Translations under genes and position numbers: made by a program | Shown: positions 1 to 8,031 of the stretch, in pieces | Numbering within the stretch: the first letter of the stretch is position 1 | Layout: each line of letters begins with the position of its first letter | Notes under the pieces: model-generated | Told to the model about the DNA's origin: nothing | The model's input: only the letters and a program-made list of their open reading frames with translations | The model's database searches: none | Assembly: GCF_000013905.1 (NCBI RefSeq) | Contig: NC_007969.1 | Span: 750,001-782,000 of the forward strand | From: Psychrobacter cryohalolentis K5 | Lineage (GTDB): Bacteria > Pseudomonadota > Gammaproteobacteria > Pseudomonadales > Moraxellaceae | Length of the DNA stretch: 32,000 nucleotides | Reading direction: 5' to 3'

Positions 1-56
1 TAGGCTATAAATCGCCAAGACAGGTGTGGTTTGACTATTATCGTCAAGCTGCATAA
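1..56 (+). CDS. C-terminal fragment of an integrase-fold (DDE) transposase; the gene starts outside the window
   Basis: Frame 3 reads GYKSPRQVWFDYYRQAA followed by TAA at 54-56. A ...LGYKSP... tail is typical of the C-terminus of IS3/IS481/IS30-type transposases. Only 17 codons are visible, so the family cannot be assigned. Confidence 0.3.
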   Translation, partial: GYKSPRQVWFDYYRQAA

Positions 57-230
57 TTAAATCTCCCAAGTCTAACTGTACGGATTTGACGGCAGGGGTC
101 ACGTCTCTTCCAGTTTTGTATGGTGGTTGAACTGAGATTGTAAAACTCAGCTGCCTCGGCAAAGGTCATATAGTAGAGCCTTTATAAAAGTGGTACAGTG
201 ATTTTAAAGTAAGCGAAAAGTAAAAAGATT

Positions 231-572
231 ATGACTTATTCAGCAGACTTTCGAGCACAAGTGCTTAAAAGTGTCAAACAACAAGGTATGAGTATCAGAC
301 AAGCTTGTGCATTCTATGACATTAGTAAGGCCACGCTACAGAATTGGCTCAAAGATCCTAGTATCAAACTCACTCGCAATAAACCACCCAGTAAAATACC
401 TGACGAAGCGTTATTAAAAGATGTTGAACAGTATCCAGACGATTACATGTATGAGAGAGCACAGCGTTTTGGCTGTAGTAAGTCGGGCATCGAGGCCGCT
501 TTAAAACGTCTTGGCATCAGCCAAAAAAAAGACCTTAGCGCATCCAAAAGCTTGCCCATTAAAAAGAGCTAA
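231..572 (+). CDS. IS630-family transposase, N-terminal helix-turn-helix part (orfA)
   Basis: The 113-aa ORF begins MTYSADFRAQVLKSVKQQGMSIRQACAFYDISKATLQNWLK, a typical IS630/Tc1 DNA-binding HTH. It stops at 570-572, just downstream of the A8 run at 523-530. Confidence 0.8.
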   Translation: MTYSADFRAQVLKSVKQQGMSIRQACAFYDISKATLQNWLKDPSIKLTRNKPPSKIPDEALLKDVEQYPDDYMYERAQRFGCSKSGIEAALKRLGISQKKDLSASKSLPIKKS

Positions 573-1071
573 GTATCTAAGCAAACTTAACGACTACATC
601 GCTCAAGGCTTTACTATTGTATACATGGATGAGAGTGGCTTTGAGGCCGAGACCATTCGCTCTCATGGTTATGCACCTATTGGAGCCCCTTGCATCGATA
701 GCTATAATTGGCAAGGTAAAAAACGAACCAACGTCATTGGTGCTTTGTATGAAAAGATGCTGTTTGCCCTGGATTACTTTGAGAGAAATATCAATGGCGA
801 CATATTCTACCACTGGTGCAAAAACACGCTAATACCATGCATCAAAACGAAATGCGTAATCGTCATGGATAACGCCAGCTTTCATAAACGCGTTCAGAGA
901 TTACTCAACAGGCATGGTCATCGCTTGTTATTTCTACCGCCTTACAGCCCTGATTTAAACCCTATTGAGAAAAAATGGGCACAGGCTAAGTTTCTACGAC
1001 AAGGGTGGATAGAGAATAATCTACCTAAACTGTTCCATAATATGGGTTGTACTAATTTTATTGTGGATTGA
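511..1071 (+). CDS. IS630-family transposase, catalytic DDE part (orfB), in the +1 frame relative to orfA
   Basis: Contains the motifs VYMDESGF, VIVMDNASFHK and PPYSPDLNPIEKKW, the DDE/D triad context of IS630/Tc1 transposases. It has no credible independent start: the frame opens at 511 and overlaps orfA across the A8 run. Its stop codon lies inside the right inverted repeat. Confidence 0.8.
   Translation: MASAKKKTLAHPKACPLKRAKYLSKLNDYIAQGFTIVYMDESGFEAETIRSHGYAPIGAPCIDSYNWQGKKRTNVIGALYEKMLFALDYFERNINGDIFYHWCKNTLIPCIKTKCVIVMDNASFHKRVQRLLNRHGHRLLFLPPYSPDLNPIEKKWAQAKFLRQGWIENNLPKLFHNMGCTNFIVD
523..530 (+). other. A8 homopolymer in the orfA/orfB overlap; candidate slippage site or frameshift lesion
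   Basis: orfA reads CAA AAA AAA GAC here and orfB reads AAA AAA AAG ACC. Removing one A (or a +1/-2 shift) fuses the two ORFs into one transposase. Confidence 0.6.
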
Positions 1072-1285
1072 CTATACCATCATCTATACTTTTAAGAACT
1101 TGCATACGAAAATCTAGTGAGTAAGTCATGGTCTTTATAATAACAATTGAATTTGATAATTAGTTTATAACACTTTTAAGTGGACTTGACTATATTCGAC
1201 AGTGTTGTTAATTTCGAGCTTAGTCCATGACTTTTGCAAGAAGTCTAATATTTGTAAAACTATTTTTCTAAAATAATCATTATGG

Positions 1286-2365
1286 TTGAATATGCTTAAA
1301 ATCAATAACTATTATTTGCTATTTATTATTATCTTATTTTATTTCATTAAGATGTTTATTTTTATAGCTATTAAAAATGATTTATTCTTAATACCTTTAG
1401 GAGGAGGAAGTGATGCAAATTATTACGATAACTACGCTTTAGGTCGTTTTGATTTAGCAGTTAATGTATGGCCAGTTATATTGAGGTCTCTTAATGATAT
1501 TGGAATTTATTCACGGGAATACATCTCTTACTTATTTTTTCTTTTAAATCTATTTTTTATTCCAAGTATGGTTTCTAAAATCTCAGGATTAAGCTTTAAA
1601 TATCATCAAAAGTATTACCTTTATATCTTTCTTTTATGTGCTATTTATCCAACACTTTTTATTTTTACTTTCGATATTTATCGAGATGTATTTATGGTAT
1701 TTATCTTCTTAATGGGTTGTTTTTTTGTGAAAAAATCTTTAGAGAGCTCAAGATTCTCAAGATTTTTATTAATGTTAGCTGTATCTGCTATAGTAGGTTT
1801 ATTTTTACTAGGTCTACGCCCTTATCTAGGATATGCATTTCTATTATCACTTCTACTCTGGAAAATAAAATTTACTAAGAGAAGAATCATATTTCTTGGA
1901 GCGTTATATTTCCTTGCGTTATTCGCTGCTAATTATGTAGGTATTTTCAATTCCCTCACTGAATACCGCGCAGGATTCGAAGAGGCTGAGGGCGGCTCAA
2001 ATTTAGGTATAGATTTTTCTAACCCCATCATGTTTATCCCTAATTTCATACTTAGCTTTTTAGGTCAGATGTTAGGGTTATATATTACCAATCCATTAGC
2101 AATAGTTCTATTAATTGTAGAGACAGTCCCATTTCTATTTATGCTTGTATACGTGATCAAGAATATCCGATGGGCTGATAAATTTGTACGCTTCTTAATC
2201 GTATTCTTTGTACTGTATGCTAGTGTCTGGTTAATTGGTAATGACAACTTAGGTACAGCAGTACGATTGAGGCTATATAACTATATTGCAGTTTACATTG
2301 CTTTTTTCTATATTTTAAGATTAAAAAGCTTACATTCAAGAAAGATTCAGGTGGTTAAGTCATGA
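1286..2365 (+). CDS. Polytopic membrane protein, EpsG/Wzy-like repeat-unit polymerase candidate
   Basis: The 359-aa ORF is extremely hydrophobic with many predicted TM segments. It is very AT-rich with F/I/L/Y-rich codon usage and sits directly upstream of, and overlapping (ATGA at 2362-2365), a glycosyltransferase gene. The ATG at 1292 is a more likely start than the TTG at 1286. Confidence 0.6.
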   Translation: MNMLKINNYYLLFIIILFYFIKMFIFIAIKNDLFLIPLGGGSDANYYDNYALGRFDLAVNVWPVILRSLNDIGIYSREYISYLFFLLNLFFIPSMVSKISGLSFKYHQKYYLYIFLLCAIYPTLFIFTFDIYRDVFMVFIFLMGCFFVKKSLESSRFSRFLLMLAVSAIVGLFLLGLRPYLGYAFLLSLLLWKIKFTKRRIIFLGALYFLALFAANYVGIFNSLTEYRAGFEEAEGGSNLGIDFSNPIMFIPNFILSFLGQMLGLYITNPLAIVLLIVETVPFLFMLVYVIKNIRWADKFVRFLIVFFVLYASVWLIGNDNLGTAVRLRLYNYIAVYIAFFYILRLKSLHSRKIQVVKS

Positions 2366-3489
2366 AAATAGTCATCATTGGTACAGTGGCATCAAGTTTT
2401 TATGGATTCAGATCTGAATTGATCAAAACCTTGCGAGCAAAACAACATACGGTTTATGCTTTTACCTCAGAATATAGCCAAAGCGACCTTAAGCGAATTG
2501 AAGAGCTAGGCGCTATACCTGTTACCTATCAGCTAAATCGTGGAGGTCTGAACCCTTTAGCAGATATAATAGCGACCTACGCCTTATCCAAAAAAATTAA
2601 AAGCATAGCACCAGATATTGTGTTTTCTTATTTCTCTAAACCTGTAATCTTTGGAACGCTCGCGGCAAAAATAGCTAAGGTACCGCGTATTATAGGTATG
2701 CTTGAAGGACTAGGCTATACCTTTACTGAACAGCCTAATCAGGTAAGTAAGAAATCTCAGGCCATTAAAGCAGCTCAAGTCTTTCTTTATAAAATAGCCT
2801 TGCCGAGACTAGATAAAATTATATTCTTAAATCCTGATGATCCTAAAGATTTGTTGAAGGAGTATTCTATAGAGGTTAAACAAGTAGAGGTTTTAGGAGG
2901 AATAGGTTTAAATTTAGAAAACTATCCTTATTCGGGTGCTTATCCTACACAGCCAACCTTTATATTTGTAGCAAGGTTGCTGGCGGAAAAAGGTATTCAT
3001 CACTATATATCAGCAGCTAAAATCGTAAAAAGTAAATACCCAGAAGCTAAGTTTATTGTATTAGGTGCTATAGATAAAGAAGCTCTAGGAGCATTAAAAG
3101 ATTTTGAATTAAAGCAGTTTGTAGAAGATGGCATTATTGAGCATCCAGGTCATGTTAATGATGTGTCAAAGTGGATTGCTAAGTCTAGCGTCTTTGTACT
3201 ACCTTCTTATTATCGCGAAGGGGTGCCACGCAGCACGCAAGAAGCTATGGCGATCGGACGAGCAGTTATCACCACAGATGTTCCTGGCTGTCGTGAGACA
3301 GTTATTGATGGCGTCAGTGGCTTCTTAATAGAGAAATGGAATCCGCAAGCATTAGCAGAAAAGGTGATTTATTTTATAGAGCACCCTGAACAGATTAAAA
3401 AGATGGGCTATGAGAGTTATAAAATAGCGCAAGAGAAATTCGATGCAGATAAAGTAAATAAACGATTGATAGCTATGTTGGGTTTATAA
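2362..3489 (+). CDS. Glycosyltransferase family 4 (group 1), PglA/WbuB-like
   Basis: 375 aa. The C-terminal GT-B signature is PSYYREGVPRSTQEAMAIGRAVITTDVPGCRETVIDGVSGFL (EX7E-type motif). It is positioned between the polymerase-like gene and the initiating transferase. Confidence 0.85.
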   Translation: MKIVIIGTVASSFYGFRSELIKTLRAKQHTVYAFTSEYSQSDLKRIEELGAIPVTYQLNRGGLNPLADIIATYALSKKIKSIAPDIVFSYFSKPVIFGTLAAKIAKVPRIIGMLEGLGYTFTEQPNQVSKKSQAIKAAQVFLYKIALPRLDKIIFLNPDDPKDLLKEYSIEVKQVEVLGGIGLNLENYPYSGAYPTQPTFIFVARLLAEKGIHHYISAAKIVKSKYPEAKFIVLGAIDKEALGALKDFELKQFVEDGIIEHPGHVNDVSKWIAKSSVFVLPSYYREGVPRSTQEAMAIGRAVITTDVPGCRETVIDGVSGFLIEKWNPQALAEKVIYFIEHPEQIKKMGYESYKIAQEKFDADKVNKRLIAMLGL

Positions 3490-4113
3490 ATGATAAAACG
3501 CCTTTTCGATATCACCGCCGCTACTACTGCTTTAGTTGTTTTATCTCCGGTATATGCTATCACCGCTTATAAAGTTAAACAAAATTTAGGCTCGCCAGTA
3601 TTGTTTCGGCAGACGCGTCCGGGTTTAGACGGTAAGCCGTTTGAGATGATTAAGTTCCGCACCATGAAAGACGCCACAGATAGCGAAGGCAATCCACTGC
3701 CTGATAGTGAGCGCTTGACTGATTTTGGTAAAGCACTACGCAATAGTAGTCTCGATGAATTGCCTGAGCTTTGGAATGTCGTTAAAGGTGATATGAGCTT
3801 AGTCGGACCACGGCCATTATTGATGGAATACCTGCCGCTATACAGTAAAGAACAAGCACGTCGTCATAATGTACGCCCTGGTATTACCGGCTACGCGCAA
3901 GTGAATGGTCGTAATGCCATCGGTTGGGATAAGAAGTTTGAGCTCGATACGTGGTATATAGATAACCAATCATTATGGTTAGATATTAAAATATTGCTTA
4001 AGACAGTAAAAAAAGTAGTCATTAAAGATGGTATTAGTGCTGACGGTGAAGCGACTATGAGTAAGTTCACTGGTTCTCAAAATCAGTCAGCTTTAGAAAG
4101 TAGCTATGAGTAA
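3490..4113 (+). CDS. Small monotopic phosphoglycosyl (undecaprenyl-phosphate sugar-phosphate) transferase, PglC/WecA-unrelated bacterial sugar transferase family
   Basis: 207 aa. It begins MIKRLFDITAATTALVVLSPVY with a single N-terminal re-entrant helix, followed by PVLFRQTRPGLDGKPFEMIKFRTM and DELPELWNVVKGDMSLVGPRP, which are hallmark motifs of PglC-type initiating transferases. Confidence 0.9.
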   Translation: MIKRLFDITAATTALVVLSPVYAITAYKVKQNLGSPVLFRQTRPGLDGKPFEMIKFRTMKDATDSEGNPLPDSERLTDFGKALRNSSLDELPELWNVVKGDMSLVGPRPLLMEYLPLYSKEQARRHNVRPGITGYAQVNGRNAIGWDKKFELDTWYIDNQSLWLDIKILLKTVKKVVIKDGISADGEATMSKFTGSQNQSALESSYE

Positions 4114-4765
4114 AGTATTTGCCGTCTATGGTGCCTCAGGCTGTGGTCGTAGTTTAATGCCAGTAGCCAATGAGCAATTGCGTATATTAGAAGGTGATAC
4201 AGATAGCCAAATCGTGTTTATTGACGATGCATTAGATGACAATATTACTGTCAACGGCTATACTGCGATGAATTATACAAAATTTAAAAGTATAAAAAAT
4301 GATGATAAATTTGTCCTTATAGCCATTGCTAATAGTAGTATTCGTCAAAAAATTGCAGATAAATTGGTTAAAGATGGTATTTCACTGTGGACAGTGCAGG
4401 GAATGACTACTTTAATTATGGATGAAGTCAGTATAGATGCCGGTGCTGCACTTAGCCCGTTCGTCACTATCGCAGCCAATGTCACTATTGGCAAATGCTT
4501 CCACGCTAATCTATATAGCTATGTCGAACATGATTGCATTATTGGCGATTATGTCACCTTTGCCCCACGCGTCAGTTGCAATGGCAATATTCATATCCAT
4601 GATCATGCCTATATCGGCACAGGAGCAGTCATCAAGCAAGGCACGCCTGATAAGCCATTAATTATTGGTAAAGGTGCCATTGTAGGGATGGGTGCGGTAG
4701 TGACCAAAGAGGTCCCAGCTGGGGCAGTCGTGATTGGCAATCCTGCAAGGCTCCTGAATAAATAA
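4106..4765 (+). CDS. Left-handed beta-helix (hexapeptide) sugar N-acetyltransferase, PglD/NeuD family
   Basis: 219 aa with an N-terminal Rossmann-like segment (VFAVYGASGCGRSL) and C-terminal hexapeptide repeats (IGDYVTFAPRVSCNGNIHIHDHAYIGTGAVI...). Its start overlaps the upstream stop by 8 nt. Confidence 0.85.
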   Translation: MSKVFAVYGASGCGRSLMPVANEQLRILEGDTDSQIVFIDDALDDNITVNGYTAMNYTKFKSIKNDDKFVLIAIANSSIRQKIADKLVKDGISLWTVQGMTTLIMDEVSIDAGAALSPFVTIAANVTIGKCFHANLYSYVEHDCIIGDYVTFAPRVSCNGNIHIHDHAYIGTGAVIKQGTPDKPLIIGKGAIVGMGAVVTKEVPAGAVVIGNPARLLNK

Positions 4766-4862
4766 AAAGTATAAATAAAACCCCAGAATCAAATATTGCG
4801 TTATAAGTTATTAATTTTCAATAATGAATCATCAGTTATAAATAAGCACCATCGAGGCAACT

Positions 4863-6065
4863 ATGTTAAACACCCCATTTTCACCTTGGCCAAGCTTTAC
4901 TCAAATCGAGGCTGATGCGGTCAGTCGAGTATTATTATCCAATCAGGTAAATTATTGGACAGGGCAAGAGTGTCGTCAGTTCGAGACGGAATTCGCTGAG
5001 TGGGCTGATAGCAAGTATGCCATTGCGATGGGTAATGGTACTTTAGCATTAGACGTTGCCTTACAAGCGTTAGATATTGGCGCAGGCGATGAGGTCATCG
5101 TGACGCCGCGTACCTTTATTGCGAGTATCTCATCGGTGGTCAATATTGGCGCTACGCCAGTATTTTCCGATGTTGACGAAGCCACTGGTAACATTACTCC
5201 TGAGTCGATCGCTGCGGTGTTGACTGACAAGACCAAAGGTATTGTATGCGTACATCTGGCAGGCTGGCCATGTGATATGGATGGCATCATGGCGCTGGCA
5301 GATAAGCATAATCTATATGTGATAGAAGACTGCGCGCAGGCACATGGTGCGACCTATAAAGGTCGGAGTGTCGGTAGTATTGGTCATATCGGCGCGTGGA
5401 GCTTTTGCCAAGACAAGATCATGACCACAGGCGGTGAGGGCGGCATGGTCACCACCAATGACGAGCAGTTATGGCGTAAGATGTGGGCGTATAAAGACCA
5501 TGGTAAAAGCTACGCTGCTGTCTATGAGACAGATCATGCACCCGGCTATCGCTGGTTACATGAAAGCTTCGGTACAAATTGGCGTATGACTGAAATGCAA
5601 GCAGTGCTCGGTCGTATTCAATTAAAAAGGATGCCTGATTGGACAGCCAAGCGTACCGCCAATGCTCAAACTATCCTAGATGCCTGTGCTAAATGGGAAG
5701 CAAAAGGCTATCTTTCTGTACCAAGATTAGAAGAATCAGTGCAGTTTGCAGATTCGACCCACGCCTATTATAAGCTTTACGTCTATGTGCAGTCAGATAA
5801 CCTACCGAAAGAGTGGTCACGAGATCGTATTATTCGAGAGATAAATGACTTAGGGGTTCCTTGTTTTTCAGGATCGGCTTCTGAGGTATATCTGGAAAAA
5901 GCATTTGATAATACCGGCTTACGTCCTGAAAATAGACTGCCAGTCGCTAAGCAGCTGGGCGAAACCAGCTTGATGTTTTTGGTACATCCAACGTTGACAG
6001 AAGACGAAATTAAGCAAACCGTACAGGCGATTGATGGCGTATTTGCGAATATACATAACCAATAA
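4863..6065 (+). CDS. DegT/DnrJ/EryC1/StrS-family PLP-dependent sugar aminotransferase (PglE-like)
   Basis: 400 aa. Motifs include GNGTLALDVALQAL, EDCAQAHGA and SFCQDKIMTTGGEGG (a Schiff-base lysine context typical of UDP-4-keto-6-deoxy-sugar aminotransferases). Confidence 0.9.
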   Translation: MLNTPFSPWPSFTQIEADAVSRVLLSNQVNYWTGQECRQFETEFAEWADSKYAIAMGNGTLALDVALQALDIGAGDEVIVTPRTFIASISSVVNIGATPVFSDVDEATGNITPESIAAVLTDKTKGIVCVHLAGWPCDMDGIMALADKHNLYVIEDCAQAHGATYKGRSVGSIGHIGAWSFCQDKIMTTGGEGGMVTTNDEQLWRKMWAYKDHGKSYAAVYETDHAPGYRWLHESFGTNWRMTEMQAVLGRIQLKRMPDWTAKRTANAQTILDACAKWEAKGYLSVPRLEESVQFADSTHAYYKLYVYVQSDNLPKEWSRDRIIREINDLGVPCFSGSASEVYLEKAFDNTGLRPENRLPVAKQLGETSLMFLVHPTLTEDEIKQTVQAIDGVFANIHNQ

Positions 6066-6186
6066 GATATCAGTTATTGAGTTAAGTTAAATTTAGTTAC
6101 GTTAATGCAAATTGATGTTTGACCGATAGCATTTATAAACCATTGGCATTTATAATAAACCCCTTATAACCAAAGAGTATTTGATC

Positions 6187-7638
6187 ATGTACAAGAAGCT
6201 AAGCATTTTATTGGGTTTTGGTGTCTTATCATCAGTGTCGATGTTGGCATCTGCACAAAACCTGTATATGAACGATCTAAAGCTTAAGGCAGATCTTGAC
6301 TGGCTGAATACTCAAGGGGTCGCGCAGATTAGCACCAGTACTTGGCCACTGACTGCTAATGAGATTAAACGTGCTCTAAATAGCGCTAATGCCCAGACGC
6401 CAGCGCAGCAGCAGATCCTACAGTCGGTACAAACGCGATTGAATCAGAACCGCAACTCAGTGGTAAAAGGCTCGGCAGCCCTGCATATACAAACCGACAG
6501 AGATCAGCTACCACAAAAATTTGCTGATGATAAGCTGGCGGGTCAACAGGCAAGCGTTGGCGTGTCACTTAGCGAAGCGGAGTGGGAATTTAATTTACAA
6601 GCCAATTTAAAAAATGACAAACTCATCGATGACAGCTCAGATGTTAGCTTTGAGGGCTCATACCTTGCTGGTACTGCTGCCAATCAGTGGTTGATAGCGG
6701 GTAAAATTCCAACGTGGTGGGGACCTGGGCATGATGGTAGCCTTATTCGAGGCGATGCAAGCTTGCCGGTCGCAGGTTTTACCATGCAGCGTGATCAGCA
6801 AACAGCGCCGACATCGCAGTATTTATCGTGGGTTGGACCTTGGCAGTATCAGCTATTTGCCGGTCAGTTAGAGGATTATGAAGCGATTCCTGACGCTAAG
6901 CTGTTTGGTGCAAGGCTGACGGCTAGCCCATGGGAATGGTTAGAGGTGGGTGCTTCTCGTACCTTTATGTGGGGCGGTGAAGGTCGTCCACAGAGTTTTG
7001 GCTCCTTTACTGATGCTCTCTTAGGCACCAAAGATAATGGTGATAATGGTGCTACAATTGGTGAAGATCCTGCCAATCAGTTAGGCGGTTTTGACGCGCG
7101 CTTAAGTTTAGCGTCATTGGTGAATGTACCTGCGGGCGTTTATGCTCAATATGTCGGTGAAGATGAAGCAGGCGGCTTGCCAGCGAAAAACATGTATTTA
7201 GCCGGTGTTGATTATGCGTCTGCTGCTTATGGCAAACCTTATCAGCTTTATGCAGAGTATACAGATACCCGCACTAGCGGTGAGGTAAGAGGGATTTCTT
7301 ATGATCATGGTACTTATACAGACGGCTATTATCAGCAAGGCTTCCCATTAGGCTATGCATTAGGTGGCGATGCAGAAAGTATCGCACTTGGTGGTCGCTT
7401 ATGGCTCGATAACCGTAATTTTATTAATGCAAAACTACAGCATGCTAAGGTAAATCAAGCAGATGAAGCCATTAACCAAGCATTCCCAACGACTGATAAG
7501 TTAACTGGTATCGATGTGGCTTGGGAGCATCAATACAACCCTCAAACGCTTATTTCTAGCCGAATTTGGGCCGTAGATTCAGATATCCAGTCGACTGATA
7601 TCGGCGTAGGTGTAGGTATTGAGCTGCAGACTTACTAA
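6187..7638 (+). CDS. wzi: Capsule assembly outer-membrane protein Wzi family
   Basis: The signal peptide MYKKLSILLGFGVLSSVSMLASA is followed by LKADLDWLNTQGVAQISTSTWPLTANEIKRAL, which closely resembles the conserved Wzi N-terminus. The rest is beta-barrel-like and Y/G-rich. The ATG at 6187 is preceded by AAGAG; the ORF track starts at the TTG at 6181. Confidence 0.8.
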   Translation: MYKKLSILLGFGVLSSVSMLASAQNLYMNDLKLKADLDWLNTQGVAQISTSTWPLTANEIKRALNSANAQTPAQQQILQSVQTRLNQNRNSVVKGSAALHIQTDRDQLPQKFADDKLAGQQASVGVSLSEAEWEFNLQANLKNDKLIDDSSDVSFEGSYLAGTAANQWLIAGKIPTWWGPGHDGSLIRGDASLPVAGFTMQRDQQTAPTSQYLSWVGPWQYQLFAGQLEDYEAIPDAKLFGARLTASPWEWLEVGASRTFMWGGEGRPQSFGSFTDALLGTKDNGDNGATIGEDPANQLGGFDARLSLASLVNVPAGVYAQYVGEDEAGGLPAKNMYLAGVDYASAAYGKPYQLYAEYTDTRTSGEVRGISYDHGTYTDGYYQQGFPLGYALGGDAESIALGGRLWLDNRNFINAKLQHAKVNQADEAINQAFPTTDKLTGIDVAWEHQYNPQTLISSRIWAVDSDIQSTDIGVGVGIELQTY

Positions 7639-7677
7639 ATGGTGGCTTAATCAATGCACGACAGTGCTTGAAAACAA

Positions 7678-7716
7678 AAAGTCGATCTATTAGTATTTAA
7701 TAGATCGACTTTTTTA
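7678..7716 (+). terminator. Rho-independent terminator after wzi
   Basis: GTCGATCTATTA (7681-7692) pairs with the downstream AATAGATCGAC and is followed by a TTTTTT run. Confidence 0.8.
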
Positions 7717-7751
7717 TGGTCACGTTATTATTTTTTAATTATGGCTTTTTA

Positions 7752-7900
7752 ATATAGTGAGTTCAATATAAAGGAGTTATGCTTAGAATAGCATTATGCT
7801 GGGATAAATTTCTCTCGCTTGCTGTGCGCTTCGCACTCCAGAGGCTTCGTAAAATTTATCCCAGCAGTACGGTGTTCTTTTTAAATTGAATCGAATATAG
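7752..7900. repeat. Compound palindromic (MITE/REP-like) element upstream of folD
   Basis: There is a perfect 15-bp inverted repeat: TGCTGGGATAAATTT (7797-7811) and AAATTTATCCCAGCA (7852-7866). It encloses a GTGCG-CTT-CGCAC hairpin (7824-7836). Outer imperfect inverted repeats (7752-7771 versus 7881-7900) match at 14 of 20 positions. Confidence 0.5.
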
Positions 7901-8031
7901 GGTGCTAGGATTTTTTGGCTCAGGCAGGTACAATATGAGTATCAAACATACCTTGATCAAGGATAAGACAGGCATGCAAGCAATTGCGGCGCTGTCTTTA
8001 CTTTTTTATCGCACCCTCTATTGGAGTTACT

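Larger units (their letters stand above)
169..1076 (+). mobile_element. IS630/Tc1-mariner family insertion sequence (about 0.9 kb) with imperfect terminal inverted repeats and TA at both tips
   Basis: 169-197 (TATAGTAGAGCCTTTATAAAAGTGGTACA) matches the reverse complement of 1048-1076 at 21 of 29 positions. The outermost TA dinucleotides (169-170 and 1075-1076) fit the TA target duplication of IS630 elements. The two internal ORFs encode the HTH and DDE halves of an IS630-type transposase. Confidence 0.75.

Noticed and set aside
7752-7900. ZTP (pfl) or THF riboswitch upstream of folD, or an integron attC site
   Set aside because: I could not find the conserved ZTP core (CCGCCUGGGC-like) or THF motifs. 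No GTTRRRY / RYYYAAC core sites bracket the palindrome.
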